NCBI RefSeq assembly: GCF_009914755.1
Contig: NC_060939.1
Origin: the human T2T-CHM13v2.0 reference genome, Homo sapiens
Length of the DNA: 64,000 nt
Reading direction: 5' to 3' (one strand)
Below are positions 1 to 17,732 of the stretch, in pieces. The translations under genes and the position numbers were made by a program. Each line of letters opens with the position of its first letter. Within the stretch, counting starts at the first letter, position 1. The notes under the pieces are model-generated. The model was not told the origin of the DNA. It ran no database searches and saw only the letters and a program-made list of their open reading frames with translations.

Positions 1-344
1 CCATTCTCATGCTGCTAATACAGACATACTCGAGACTGGGTAATTTACAAAGGAAAGAGGTTTAATGGACTCACAGTTCCACATGGCTGGGGAGGCCTGA
101 CAATCATGGTTGAAGATGAAGGAAGAGCAAAGTCATGTTTTACATGGCAGCAGGCAAGAGAGCTTGTGCAGGGGAACTCTCATTTATAAAACCATCAGAT
201 CTCATGAGATTTATTCACTACCACAAGAACAGTGTGGGGGAACCACCCCCATGATACAGTTATCGCTACCTGGCCCCACCCTTGACGTGAGGATTATTGC
301 AGTTGAGGGCAAGATTTGGCGTGGGACATAGCCAAACTATGTCA
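1..344 (-). mobile_element. THE1-type MaLR LTR (truncated by the window edge)
   Basis: gagactgggtaattta...gactcacagttccacatggctggggaggcc...ccaaactatgtca matches the reverse complement of the THE1 LTR. Confidence 0.88.
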
Positions 345-1930
345 TATCCAAAGCAATCTACAGATTCATTGCAATCCCTATCAAAATCCCAATGATGCTT
401 TTTGTAGAAATAGGAAAATTCGTCCTAAAATTCTTGTGCAATCTCAAGGGACCCTGAATAGTAATAGCAATCTTAAAAAGAAGGACAAAGTTGGCGATCT
501 CACACTTCCTAATTTCAAAACTAGCTACAAAGCTGTAGTCATCAAAACAATGTAGTAGTTGCATAAAGACAGACATACAGACGAAAGGAATTGAGTAGAC
601 AGCCCCCAAGTAAACCCTGACATATATGGGCAAATGATTTTTTGACAAGGATTTCAAGGTCATTCAGTGGGGAAAGGATAGTTTCTTCAAATGGTGTTGG
701 AAAAACTGAAAACAATATAAAAACAACACAAGAGAATACAAAAATCAACTCAAAATAGATCAAAGACCTGAACATAAGAGCTGAGACCATAAAACTCAGA
801 AGAAAACAGGTGCACAACTTCATGACATTGGATTTGGTAGTGACTTCTTGGATGTGACACCAAAGGCACAGGCAGCAACAGGAAAAGATAGGTAAGTTGG
901 ACTTCATCTAATATAAAAACTTCCTCAAAGGACACAGTCAGCAGTGAAAAGGCAACCCAAGGAATGGACGGAAATCTTTGTAATTCATACATCTGATAAA
1001 GGGTTAATAGCCAGAATGTGTGAAGAATTCTTAGAATTTAACATAAAAAGAAGCCACCTGATTAACAAACGAACAAAGGGCTTGAATAAACATTTCTCCA
1101 CAGAAGATAGACACATGGCCAGTAAACACAGAAAAACATGCTCAGCATCACAAATCGTTAGAGAATTGCAAGTCGAAATCACAAGATACCACCTCATATC
1201 TATTAGGCCGGCTATTACAAAACAAAACAAAACAGAAAATAAGTGTCTGTGAGGATGTGGCAGAATTGGAACCCTTGTGCACTTTAGGTGGGAATGTAAA
1301 TGGTGCAGCCCGTCGGAAAACAGTATGACAGTTCCTCAAAAAATTGAAAATAGAATTGCCGTGGAATCTAGGCGTGGTTTCACTTCTGGGCATATGCCCA
1401 AGGGAAGTAAAAGCAGGGGCTCAAGGAAATATCTGTACATTCATGTTCATGCAGCATGATTCACAATAGTCAAGGGGTGGAAGCAACCCAGGAGTCCATT
1501 GGCAGATGAATGGATCAACAAAATGTGGTGTATACATAGAATGGAATATTATTTTGCCTTGAAAAGGAAGGAAATTCTGACACATGCTATAACATGGATG
1601 AACCTTGAACCTTGAGGTCATTATGCTAAATGAAGGAAGCCAGATAGAATAGCACAGATCCTGTGTGGTTCCACTGACATGAGGTACTCAGAATAGTCAA
1701 ATTCATGGAGACAGAAAGTAGAATGGTGGTTGCCAGGGGCTAGAAGGAGAGGGAAGGGGGTTAGTGTTTAATTAGGACAGAGGTTCAGTTTTACAAAGTG
1801 AAAAGAGTTCTGGAGATGGATGGTCATGATGGTAGCACAGCAGTGTGAATGTACTTAGTGTCACTAAGCTGTATTCTTAAAAAGGCTTCCAATGGTAAAT
1901 TTATGTTACGTGTATTTTACCACAATTTTT
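345..1930 (+). mobile_element. Old L1 (L1M) ORF2 3' end and 3'UTR, decayed
   Basis: aaagcaatctacagattcattgcaatccctatcaaaatccca; L1 ORF2-like peptides (KRQPKEW, GDLTLPNFKTSYKAVVIKT); 3' end tgtattttaccacaattttt. Confidence 0.9.
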
Positions 1931-2004
1931 TTTTCTTACAACGGAAAGGACTCAACACCATATCTAGTAAAACACACACTGAATGTTGTTATTGAAAGCA
2001 TAGA

Positions 2005-2255
2005 TGGCAGGATCACTTGAGTCCAGGAGTTCGAGACCAGCCTGGGCAACACTGGGAGACTCCCATCTCTACATAGAATTAAAATAACAGATTAGCTAGG
2101 TGTCCTAGCTACTCAGGAGGCTGAAGTGGGAGGGTCCTTTGAGCCTGGAAGTTCGAGGCTGCAGTGAGCTGTGATCATATCACTGCATTCCAGCCTAGGT
2201 AACAGAGCGAGATCCCATCTCAGAACAACAACAAAAAACAAATAAAAAAATAAAA
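2005..2255 (+). mobile_element. AluJ-type, 5'-truncated
   Basis: ggatcacttgagtccaggagttcgagaccagcctgggcaac...gaggctgcagtgagctgtgat; A-rich tail. Confidence 0.88.
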
Positions 2256-2899
2256 GCACAGAGCCAGTCACAGGGACACTCCATACATATGAATTCTACC
2301 CACAGTCATTCGTGCCCCTGAGTGTCTGCCTTCCCACCATTCTCTGGGAGTTGGTTTCCATTCCCTCACCTCTCCTGTTCTCTCTGACAAAGGTAATTGA
2401 AACTATGTTTCTGTTCTTTCAGTATGGCCAGGTGGGAAGCTGTTCTCTAGTGTGAGTTAACCAGGACAGAGGGTGTGTATGTGCAGGGGAGAGAAGCCGG
2501 CAGGCTCTTCCTCCCAGATGCTGGACTATGGAATGTGATACTAACATGGGGATCCTCCCCAAGAGCCTTGGATCCCCTAGTGCACCAAAGTATCCTACTG
2601 AGAAGGCATCAGAAAATCTGACTCACAGAAGTTAGGGCAGTGTTTACAGTACCATGACAGCAGGCAGAGCTTGGGGTTCAAAGCAGAATCTGAGGAAAGA
2701 CTCTAAAAAGACGAGCCCCTGCCCAAGATATGGTGCCTTTTCTAGTCTCATAGCACATTGCACCCCCTCCCCTCACTGTAACAATCCACACCCTCAGAAC
2801 GCGCACCTGGAGTTGTTCATGGAGACTAAAGTGGGAGGAAGCTTTGGACAGTCACCTTTTTGAAGTCTGTTTTGAATTGAACAGTGTGCAAATGATAAG

Positions 2900-4070
<1,171 letters not shown>

Positions 4071-4354
4071 GGGAGTTCTTTATATAGTTAGTACCTGAGA
4101 CCTTTGCTAGATGTACATATTACAAATATTTTCTCACACTTTCTCACGTTCAGTGGTATCTTTTGATGAGAAGGCCCAGATTATCAATCTTTTCCTTTAA
4201 GGTTAATGCTTTTTGTGCCCTGTTTAGGAAATCTATGCATACCTAAGAACATGAAAACAACAGCATATTTATTTTTTCCAGCCATTCTTGTTTTCTAATA
4301 TATGATTTTAGGGTTATAAATAGCCTATTAAGCCTGCTTTAGCTGTAATCCACT

Positions 4355-4815
4355 ATTTTTAAAAATTGTAGTAAAAAAACACAGCATAAAATTTACCATC
4401 TTAACCATTTTTAAGTGTACAGTTCGGTAGTGTTAAGTAAATTCATAATGTTGTGAAGCAGATCTCTAGAACTTTTTCATCTTGCGAATCTGAACATCTA
4501 TACCCATTAAACAGCAACTTCTCATTCTCCTTGCCCCAGCCTCTGGGAGCCACCATTCTACTTTCCGACTACTCTAGGTACCTCAAGTGGAATCCTACAG
4601 TTTCTGTCTTTTTGTGACTGGCTTATTTTGCTTAGTACAGTGTCCTCAAGGTTCATCTGTGCTGGGTTGTGTGATAAGATTTTCTCCCTTTTTAAGGCTG
4701 AATAATATTATGTGGTATGAATAGACCACATTTTGTTTATCCATCATCCATCGATAGACATTGGGTTGCTTTTATTCCTTGGCCATGATGAATAGTGCTG
4801 CTGTGAACATGGCTG
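4355..4815 (-). mobile_element. L1MB-like 3' end
   Basis: aaatttaccatcttaaccatttttaagtgtacagttc...tttttgtgactggcttattt. Confidence 0.8.
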
Positions 4816-5489
4816 GCTGTCCAGCACCATTTTTGGATACGTTGTATTTTTATTATTAATTAGTTCAAAATCTGTTCACTTTTTAAAATTTCTCCTTTGA
4901 AATGTGGGTTATTTTAAAGTAGTTGATTTCCAAATGCCTCCATATTTTCTGGTTATATTTTTGTTATTTATTTCTAGCTTGCTTACCCCGTAGTCAGGAA
5001 CAGATTATTTACAATGTTAACATTTTGAAATTTGTTTACACTGGCTTTAGACTTGTCCACCATATGATTAATTTTGACAGACTATCCCATGTGCCCTTGT
5101 GTGTAGTTCCTCAGTTCAGTACTTTCGATATATTCATGAGGAAAAATGGGTAATTGTGGTGTTCAAATCTTATATTTCCATTCTTATTTTTACTTCTTTG
5201 TTATATCATTTACTGAAAGAAGTGTGTTAAATTATCCAGCTGCTCATAATGTCTGTGTCTAATAGACATAAATTTCATAATGTCTAATACTTTAGATTTG
5301 TCTTATTATAGTCCTGTCAATTCTCCCTTTATAAATTTTGAGTGCATTTAACTAGATACATATAAATTTAGAATTTATTCCTAGTAGGTTGCCCTTTTTA
5401 ATTATGAATTCTTTCTTTTCCATAAGAATGCTGCTTTTCGTAAAATCTAGTTTGTCTAATTACCAATATAGGTATATAAACTTTCTTTT

Positions 5490-6210
5490 TTAACTTACTG
5501 CTTTAGAATAGTTTTAGATTCACAGAGATGTTGCGAAGATAGTAGAGAGTTCCCATACATCCTGTACCTACTTTTCCCTGTTGTTAACATCTCACATTAG
5601 TATGGTACATTTGTTACAATTAATGAACCAGTGCCAATGCATTATTATTAACTGAAGTCCATACTTCATTCACATTTTCTTAGTTTTTATCAAATGTCCT
5701 TTTGCTGTTCCAGGATTCTATTAGGAGACTGCTTTGAGTTCAGTTATTATGTCGCTTTAGGTTCTTTTAGACTGTGACAGTTCCTCTGACTTTCCTTGTT
5801 TCTGATGACCTTGACAATTTTGAAGAGTAGTGGTCAGGTATTCTATAGAATATCTTTAAATTTGAGTGTGCTTGGCATTTTTCTCATGGTTCAATAGGGG
5901 CTATGGGCTTTGGGGCAGAAGATCCCATCTGAAAAAGTGCCATTCTTATCCTATCAAATCAGGGCTACATAATTTATCACTGCTGATGTTACCCTCAATC
6001 GTCTGAGTGTTATGCACCATCTCCATGAGGGAACAGTATCTACACAAATTATTTGCAATTCTGCACAGGGAGATTGGTCTGTTCTCACTCATTTATTTTC
6101 TCATTCATTTATTTATATTTGTATGGACTCATGGATATTCATTGTATACTTTGGGCTATAAACCAGTATTGCATTATTAATTTTGTTGTTCAGATAGTTC
6201 CAGCTTTTGC
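5490..6210 (-). mobile_element. L1MC-like 3'UTR fragment
   Basis: ttttagattcacagag...ttagtatggtacatttgttacaattaatgaacc...tatggactcatggatatt. Confidence 0.7.
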
Positions 6211-6786
6211 CCTTTCCTAAGATAGTGGACTCACCCCTCTGTGTTTCAACTCTACCAATTTGGACCCTCAAGTTCTTGTTGCCTTATTAGCCATAAATTG
6301 CAATTTCTTATTTCCCCAGTCCTCTGAGACTACTGAAAGTTCTGCTTAGGCCTATTGCCTCTTAACCACTACTTTCTTCCTGTGTGTGTTTTTAACCTTT
6401 TGGCTTCCATCACTCACAAATCCCCAAATGCCTTGACGAGAAAAGCAGCACAGAATGCTGAGCTTATTTCTGGGTAATTATCTACTTGTCATGATCTCAG
6501 CCCCTCAAGTCCTAGCTGCCTTGGACTCTCTGATGCTTCCACAGAGATCATTTAAAAAAATTTCGTCAAGAGTTTCTAGTTGTTCTTGGTGAGAGGATTA
6601 GTCTGACACAAGCTAGTGCATCATAGCAGGCGGTGGAATTCTTCAGACATAATATTTTTTTTTACTTCTTCTACTATGTCATAGTTGATGGTGCCTCATG
6701 GTATTTTAATATCTGATGCTTTGCACCCATACAGCAACTATCCTGAGTAACGAAGATGTTATGTCATATAGGAAAATGAGTCATTC

Positions 6787-7093
6787 TTTTTTTTTTTTTT
6801 TTTTTTTTTTGAGACAGAGTCTTGCTCTTTCGCCCAGGCCGGACTGCAGTGGCATGATCTCGGCTTGCTGCGAGCTCCGCCTCACGGGTTCACGCCATTC
6901 TCCTGCCTCAGCCTCCCAAGTAGCTGGGACTACAGGCGCCCGCCACCGCGCCTGGCCAATTTTTTGTATTTTTTAAGTAGAGACGGGGTTTCACCGTGTT
7001 AGCCAAGATGGTCTTGATGTCCTGACCTCGTGATCCACCCACCTCGGCCTCCCAAAGTGCTGGGATTACAGGCGTGAGCCACCGCCCCCGGCC
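6787..7093 (-). mobile_element. AluY-lineage element with a perfect 15-bp TSD
   Basis: TSD gaaaatgagtcattc at 6772-6786 and 7094-7108; pure T24 tail; variant ggccggactgcagtgg. Confidence 0.95.
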
Positions 7094-7964
7094 GAAAATG
7101 AGTCATTCTTTGCATTTCATTCATTTATGCCCTTAGTCACAAGGGCTTTAGCAAAGAATTGGCTTCCACCCTCTCTTTAAGGTAAGGAAATAAATAATGA
7201 CCTTGGAAGACAGTATTCATCATAAAAGCGCTTGATGAAAGGAGCAATTGGAGTGAACTATGTAAAACAGGCTTTTCAGTCTAATGGGACAGTGTAATTA
7301 CTGGTGCAGATTTCTAGTTAGGCCTTAAAGAAATTAAGCCTCCCTATATGGTTAATAATGGACTTGTGTAAGAAGATTGCTTCAGAGATGAAGTTTGTGA
7401 TTCACATTAGCATATTTGGCAGTGAAAGCGTTACCTTTCTCAATCAAGCAGGATATGTAAGATCTTTGTGTATGCTTTTGCTAAACTTTACTGCTGCCAT
7501 CCCTGAACTTGACTTGATATTTTTACATCCCCTTCAAGTCTGCATCCCAGTTTTGTGTCATCTACAGTTCTGAAGAGCTGCCTTGTGCTTTATCATCATC
7601 CAGGGTTGAAAAGAGCCAGATCATTGGAGAATCCCCACAGACTGACAGTTTTCCCTGAATCGATGCCTGCTTATTGTGCTCATGCAGGTAGCTCCTATTC
7701 CATCTCACTTCGCTGCATGCAGCTCACATATTTCAGATGATCCACAAGAACATTGGGAAGGACCTGCCAAAATCCTGCCTTGCTAAAGTCCAGGTATACT
7801 CTCTTCCAGATCTCCCTTAACTGCCTTTGCAGATTCTATATCGGAGAAAGAAGTGAGGCTAATTTCACAAACTTATTCTTACCGAATTCATTTATAGCTC
7901 TAATAATTACCACTTTTCTTAGATGTGATCCCAAAACAATCCTTTAATAAATGCATTTTAGAAC

Positions 7965-8148
7965 TGCACTGTCCATAGTGGCAGCTACTTGCCATTTAAA
8001 TTTAATTTAAATGAATTAAAATGAAGCAGACAAAAAATGCAGTTTCTCTATTGGACTAACCATGTTTCAAGTGTTCAATACCTGCCATATTGGGCAGTGC
8101 AGATAGAACACTTCTATCATTGCAGAAATTTCTGTTGAACAGAGCTGT
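7965..8148 (-). mobile_element. MER3-like hAT-Charlie DNA transposon
   Basis: ctgcactgtcca...tttcaagtgttcaata...gcagatagaacacttctatcattgcagaaatttctgttgaacagagctg. Confidence 0.75.
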
Positions 8149-8217
8149 TCTAAAACCTTGTTTTAGAATCAGATCTGAGCTCACCCGTCTGCAGATTACT
8201 CAGTCATCATTTGACTG

Positions 8218-8382
8218 TTTTTTTTTTTTTTTTTTTAAAGAGACAGGGTCTCACTTTGTTATCCAGGCTGGAGTGCAGTGGTGCCATCATAGCTCACTGC
8301 AGCCTTGGACTCCTGAGCTCAAGTGATCCTCCTGCCTGTCTCCTGAGTAGCTGGGCCTACAGGTACATGGCACCAGGCCTGG
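8218..8382 (-). mobile_element. Alu monomer (FRAM or AluJ right arm)
   Basis: T-tail, then gagacagggtctcact...catagctcactgcagcc; single arm. Confidence 0.85.
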
Positions 8383-9489
8383 ACATTATTTAAGTCTTTA
8401 AGAAACATCTACATGTGTTTTTTCCTGTCACCTCTCTTTTTCTCCATTTCCTTCAAAATCACCTTGAAGGCGACTCCATTTCTGTATTGCCCAAATCAGT
8501 CTACAGTGTAGGTGTTGGATGTGGACTTTTTTTTTGGTTTCTAATGAGGTTGTGTTGCAGATGAGCTGAAGCCACCTTTGATATTCTAGGATTTGTGCCT
8601 GAAGAATAGCGCTTTCTGTCTTGCTGATGTTTATATGACTGCTATGATTGTCAAGGGAAATAAGGAGAAATGAATGGGATCCACGTTGCTTGGCCCAGCA
8701 TACCTGTTTCTGAGTGCTGTTGGAGCTGAGAGGCATGCTCTTGGAGAATCAGCCATCAAGCTGTCTTTTCCAGAGTGGATGTTGTCCAGGGCAGTTGCAG
8801 AGTGAGCACACTGTCAATGAGTGCCTGGGGTCCTTCATTTATTTCTTTACAGCATCTGTAGTAGAATAAAATTCCAGTGTTAAGAGACAAAAAAAATGTG
8901 CCCAGCTCTCCTGGGGTTGACAGTCTCAGTTGGTAAATCCCATCCCAAGGGGGCAGCTCCTCTCCTGTCTGTGGTTTGCCTGCTGTCCCCCAGGAGCCAC
9001 ACTCACCAGTTTGGTCAGCTGGCAGATGATAAGAGGGAGAGAATCTTTTAGAAAACAGATCCTGGAGATCATTGTTAGTGGAGAACTTATTATCAAGTCA
9101 GGAAGAAGAAAAATCATTGTTAGTTGAGTGAATACATTTTAAAAAATGATAAAGTGTTCGTCAGGCACTTGGGATTTCTTGCTCATATGCTAATAGGATT
9201 TTTGAAAATCCACTCACTGTTTGGAAACTTGCTTGCTCAGTGACAACTGCATCCAAATAGCAGATCATGAGCCAGGTTTGTGGGGGGACAAGAGTGAAGG
9301 GAGTTCGGAGGAAGTCGCTCTGGGCCAGGAGGCAGGGACCCTGGCCACCAGCCATGTGACCCGGGGCAGATCCTTGCAGTGCTGGGCCTTGGTTTTGGCC
9401 ACTGCCCCCTGGCCCCCCACTTCCCAGAATTATTGTGAGGAACTGTGCGTGTATGTGCAGGAACTGGGTTAACATATCTACTTATGGTT

Positions 9490-9813
<324 letters not shown>

Positions 9814-10899
9814 TCAACACAGAAACAAGGTAAGCTTTTGTTATCCCCTTTGATAGACAAAGCAACAGAGCTTAATGAGCATGCATGTCACAAGGAAGCA
9901 CAAATTCACGCTTATTATTTTTATGGGAAGACCCCTCACTTCCTGGTCCTGATGTTCTCTGTGGGACCTTTGGTGAGTCAGGGAAGGCCTCACAGTATGG
10001 AGACAACAGTCCCAGCCTCTGACTTGCAGGAGTGTGGGGACTAAGTGACACTGGAAGTGTGCTGCACACGTGCAGGCCTGGATTATTAGGAGGGAAGGTT
10101 AGAAATCAAGAGCCAGGGGAAAACTGGGAATAGCTGGCTGGCTTTTCAGAAGGGAGTCATTATTTTGTGCACCTTGCAACTCAGGCAGTGAGCCTGGCGG
10201 GGAAAGAGAAATGGCTGCTCTTTTTTTCTGTCCATGTGTCACCCCCTGTCAGTGTGTTACTGGGTGCAGGTGTCTCCTCTGATGGTGTCTGGGCTTTTCT
10301 TTCCCCTCCCTTCCTTCTTTGCCTGCTTCTCCTTTGCTCCTCTGTCTCCGTTTCTCTCTCCCTGCATTTTGTCTCTTTCTATTCCTTCTTTCTTCCTTTT
10401 TTATCTTCAGATTTTAACCTGTTCCTTTCATCAAATGATGCTTATTAAATACATTTGGTGATTTATATTTTTGTTTCTAAGAAAGCTGATCAAAATAACT
10501 GTGTAAGTTCAGTCCGTGAAAAGACAATAATGATGACAGGCAGGCAGCGCTTTGGAGGAAGGAGGGTTGGGTCCCGGGTACCCCTGATTCGGTGGGTGTT
10601 TGTGCATAGAGTGGTACCTGCCTGCTTGAGGATAGGAGGCTTTGCAGCTTGAGGTCCTTGCTCCCTGGTCTGGGGCATCTGAAGGGCTGTGGTGGGAAGA
10701 GGGTCAGAACCAAGGCCAGATGCACCCGGAGCTTGCTGCACGCACTTCTGGGAGGTTTCCTCTTATTTTCTCTATTTTAATTTCTCCATTTTCTCTTTTC
10801 TCTCTTTCCTCTCTTTCTGGAATTCCCATCTATCTGATTTTTGACCTATTCATTCTATCTTTGAAGTCTCTCTTTTCTTTCATATTTTTCCATCTTCTT

Positions 10900-11301
<402 letters not shown>

Positions 11302-11544
11302 TCATTTCTTATTTTGTAGCACTGTATCTTTGTGTTTCTGCGGCAATATCTTCTTCTATTTATTTAAAGGTATTAATTTGTTATTTTGTTTCTTTTTTGA
11401 CAATTACTTCTGTTTCCTTCACTATCTTTTTTCCTTTGCTGTCCTTGTACTTGCTTGCCTGGATTTTCTTCTTCCTGTTTGAGACCTTCCTCCCAGATCT
11501 GTGAGCCGTGGTTGTTAATTCGCATTGAGAAGTGAAGCACTGAA

Positions 11545-11765
11545 AATTGACTGGAGTGTCTGCAACGTGGCTGCACATTAGCATCACCTGGAAGCATTAA
11601 AAACTACCTCTCCCGGGGGACAGTCTCAGGGCCATTGGATGAAGATCTGTTAGATTGGGGTCTGCATATTGATAGGTTGATAAATAAAGATATTGATAGA
11701 GATCGGTAGGTAGAAATACAGATTTTCCCTCCTCAGCAATTCTAATGTGCAAGCAGGGCTGAGCG
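11545..11765. mobile_element. MER5-like DNA transposon with an embedded degenerate GATA repeat
   Basis: gctgcacattagcatcacctgga...aattctaatgtgcaagcagggctgag. Confidence 0.55.
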
Positions 11766-14036
11766 TTGTATAGTCTTGGGTGACAGTGCCGGGCCTCTGG
11801 AGAGTTGGTATAATTACCGTGCAGCGAAACCACTCTGCGTTTTACTGTGCCGGGTGCCTGGAAGACTTTGATTGCATCCATATGATTCTTTTTCTGTACC
11901 TCTGGCAAATTGCAGATTGGGAGGAATTATATATCCCTACAGAGACTTCAGTGAATGAAGTTTCAGGGACCTATGAGCAAGAAGGATGAACTGGCTTCCC
12001 GGGGAGGGGCCAGCAGTCCTTCTGCCAGACAAGTCATCAGGGCTGGGACAGGAAGCATGGGAAGGGCAGCTGTGCAGAGCAGGATCCAGGAGGGGCCACC
12101 TGGTGGCAGGTGTGGCCACTGAGCAGCCCCTGGCTAGGGATGGAGCTGGAGCTGCCAGGGAAGCTTTGAGGCCAGGTAACTTGGCTCTTGGGCTCTCATG
12201 AAGCCAACTGTTCCTCTCCCAAGCTCTGAGAAAACAGTGGAGTCCTGGAGTGACAGGATATGGTAGCTCCATAAGGAGGAGGAACCTGTAGTTGGAGGGG
12301 CAACACCAGGAGGCCAGTGAGCGATACTCTGTACCTGAGAGAGGTGGCCGGAACCTGGGCCCCCACTTGCTGCCAGTGACCTTGCACCTGCCACACCTTC
12401 TCTTGGAGTTTTGGCTTCTTTAACTGGGACATGAGGATCCTGACCATCTCTGCCAAGCAGGAGAGGAAATGGGCTGATGTGTGTTGTGAGGCAGTAGAGA
12501 CTGGGGCATAGGAAGCAAATTGACTCTCAGAGTTTATGGTATAACCTTCTCCCACGCTGTAGGGATCAGGTTTGCCCCTAAACCTGCAGACTGGCTAAGG
12601 CCAGGGCTGGAAAGGGAAAAAAGTAAGCAGAGGACAGGTCATGCTGCAGGCCGGCCCCTCACCCCTGGTGACTTGTGCTCTTGGAGTGAGGGCCCAGGAG
12701 GGGGTTGCCTGCCTATGCGTGTCTCTCCCTTTCCCCCTCCTGTTCTGTGGGGCTGGGCCTCACACGGCCATTCTTCGAAGGAGGAAGGTGGCCTTTTGCA
12801 TTCCCTGTTGGTGTGTTACTTATTGTCACTTATTTTTGATTAAGGATATTATATTTAGGGAGAAATTATTTGCATTTTCTTTGTAAATCATCTGAAGAAT
12901 TGTGCAACACAGGAGTGCATTCGGGAAGAAAATTCAGACATCAGAGATAAAGCAGAGTTCTCCCTTGGCTGCATCTACAACCTTCCTCTCCCTAGAGAAC
13001 CACTCTGTGGTTAGTGTGTTTTCCTTCATTATCTTATATAAGCATTTATGCATGTGTAGATGTAGATGGCTGTGTTTTGTTTTTATGCACATAGAAGGTA
13101 TCTGTGCATTGTTCTGCTGCCGGAGTTGTTCAGAACATGGTATTGTGGAGAACCACATGACTGTACACACAGGTCTATCTTAGAGACCTGCCTCATTTGC
13201 TTTAACTGCTGCAGAGGCTTCCAGGGACCGTGTGTACAGTACTAGATACTGTTTAATGAACACTTTCCTACTGATGAACATTTAGGTTGTTTCCTAATGT
13301 TTGCTGTCACAAACAGTGATGCTGGTGGGTTAATGCTTCTCTAGGGGAGAGAGCAAGAAGCAGAAGTGCTGGCTGTCATCTGCATTCTGCAGTTTACCAG
13401 ATACTGTCAGGTTCCCTTCCCAAATGGCTACAGAGTGGTTTGGTCCCTGCAGTGTCATCAGTTCCCGACATTATAACTTTGCAGATGTGATAGGGAGAAA
13501 ATCTCCATTTTATTTTTTCATTTCCTGGATTATTTGTGAAGTCAAGTATATTTGCCTGTGTTTACTGGCACATGTATTTTCTCTTTGGTCAATTTCCCTT
13601 TTGTAATTTTTGCTCAGTTTCCCATGGGGTTATTCGTCTTTTTCTTATTGATATCTAGGAAGGTCACACGTTCATGTGAGTGTTTGGGTGTGTGGGTATA
13701 CAAGCAAAAAAAGGTTTAATACATCCTGGATGCTCATTCTTTGATACATTTACTTCGACTATTTTCTTCCAGTCTGTTGTCTTCTGTTTTAGGTGTTTTT
13801 TTTTTTTCTCATCCAGGTTTAAACATTGTTTATTGTTGTAGCTAAATAATTCACTTTATTTAGGGATTATAAGAAAATGTAGAAAGTAAATTTGCATTCT
13901 TTTCCTTTTTCTTAGTATTATGAAACTTATTTCTTTTTTAAAAAACCAGTCTGTTGAGGTAAGATTGCCATATAAAAGCTGTACACATTTTTTTTTTCCA
14001 GTGACTTTTTTAAAAAATATATTTAAAAACAAAACC

Positions 14037-14394
<358 letters not shown>

Positions 14395-14759
14395 TTACAG
14401 TGAATATACCCAGCAAACATTTGTATGTGCAATTCAATACTGTGTCTGTTACTGCGGCACGAACCTCAGACAATATATAAGCGTTCTGGGGGGTCGGGAG
14501 AGTCCCAAGTTTTAACTCTGTGGGGTCTAGGAAGACAAGATGGGGAAGTGAGAGAATGGGGAAATCCGTTTTGTTTATCTTAATTCTTTCCATATAAATA
14601 TATTCATAAAGACCAAAAAGGAAAGGAAGCTTGGGATGTTAAGGTAATAGGAGAATAGGAGAGTGTGGGACTTTCCCAATTCTGACTGACCAAAAAATAT
14701 GAAAGGAATTAATTTTATGGTGGGAGAAGAGATTTAAAAAATAAAAAAAAGAGGATGGG

Positions 14760-15114
<355 letters not shown>

Positions 15115-16909
15115 TCACGTTTCCTCCTGCCTACTTTATTACGATGATGATGATTTGTGATGAGAAACTCAACAGAAGATCCACCTTCTCAGCAGATTTT
15201 TAACTGTACAATACAGTGTTGTTAGCTGTAGGCACTGTGCTTTATAGTAAATCTCCAGAACTTACTCAGCTCGGACAGCTGATACCGTGTACCCTCGGCC
15301 CAGCATCTTTCCACTTCCCCTACCCCCAGCTCCTGGAAACCCCCATTCTACTCTCTGCTTCTATGAGTTGACTTTTTAAGATTCTGAATATAAGTGAGAT
15401 CATGCGGTATTTATCTTTCTGTGCCTGGCCTATTTCACTTAATGTCCTCCAGTTTCATCCGTGTGGCTGTACATGGCAGGATTTCCTTCTTTTTAAAAGC
15501 CGAATAACACTCCATTGTAAGTGTATACCATGTTTTCTTTATCTGTTCATCCCTCAAAGGACATTTAGATTATTCACATATCTTGGGTATTGTGAATAAT
15601 GCCGCAGTGAGCGTGGGAGTGCAGACTTCTCTCTGAAATACCGATTTCAGTTCCTTTGGATGTATGCCCAGCAGTAGGATTGCTGGATCATTCGGAAGTT
15701 CTATTTTTAATTTTTTGAGGAACCTCCATACTATTTTCCATAATAGTGATACCAATTTGTATTCCTATCAACAGTGCACAAGGATTTTCTTTTCTGCACA
15801 TTCTCACCAACGCTTCTTATCTTTCATCCTTTTGATACTAGCCATTCTTACAGGTAATAGTGTGTTTTGCATTTCCCCGATTGGTCTTTTCCTTGATGAT
15901 TTTTTATTGTCTTATTTAAGAAGGGCTTCCTTATACTGAGTATCTAACATTTTAGAGTCACCTATTTTACAATAAGTCTTTAGTCCCCTTGAAATTTATT
16001 TTTGTGAATAGCGTAACTCAGGGATATATATATAGCTTTTAAAAAATGAGTTGCAAAGTTTATAACCCATTCCCCCCACCAGCTGATTTGACATGTTACC
16101 TTTATCATATGGTAAATCATTATAGATGATGAGTTGTTCTGGACTGTCTTCTGCTGGTCTATTTGTATACTCTCGTGGAATAAAAAATTCTATGGTTTTA
16201 TATCCTTCATTGTTCTTCTAGAGTGTTTCTGCAATTGTTTCCTCTGCCATCTGAATTTTATTATTCTCATTGGAGGTTCTTTTGGAATTGCACTGACTTT
16301 CTAAGTTGATTTGGACCAAATTAAAATACTTAAAATTGAAATATTTACTATATTAAAATGCAGTATTATTTGTTTTTATCTGGGAATGTAGTGTATTTTT
16401 TTCTTGAAAGTTTTGTACACTTTTGTTATGTTCTTTCCCTATATGCTTTATAGTTTTGTTGCTATTGTGTATGAAATATTTTTTATTATTACATTTTCTA
16501 TTTGGTTGTTGCTGGTGCTTAGGAGAGCCATTGATTTATGTGTTAAACTCATACCTGGCCACCTTGCTAAACCTTTTTCTTAGTCCTAATAATTCGTCCG
16601 TTGATTCTCTTGGTTTTCTATAAAGACAGGAATATTGTCTGAAAAAAATGCCTCCTTCTTCCCCTCTTCCTTCTCAAACTGTACACCTCTTGAGATGTCT
16701 CTTTGTGTTTGTACTTCTAGGTAGGGTAACCAGCCCCAGACTGAAAGGTGACAGTGATAGCAGCCTTCCTAATCTTGTCCCTAAATTTACAGGGGATACT
16801 TTTATGGCGTCACTATAAAATGAGATGTTTTGCTGCACTTGGCTGATAAATATCCTTTATCAAGTTAAGGGAGTTTGCTTCTTGGTCTACCTTTTAAGGT
16901 TTATTTTAA

Positions 16910-17304
<395 letters not shown>

Positions 17305-17380
17305 TAATTCACAATAAAAGAGAAAAAAGTATAATAAACACAACATATCCATTGCCATATTTGCTTAGATTTGTTGTTAG

Positions 17381-17732
<352 letters not shown>

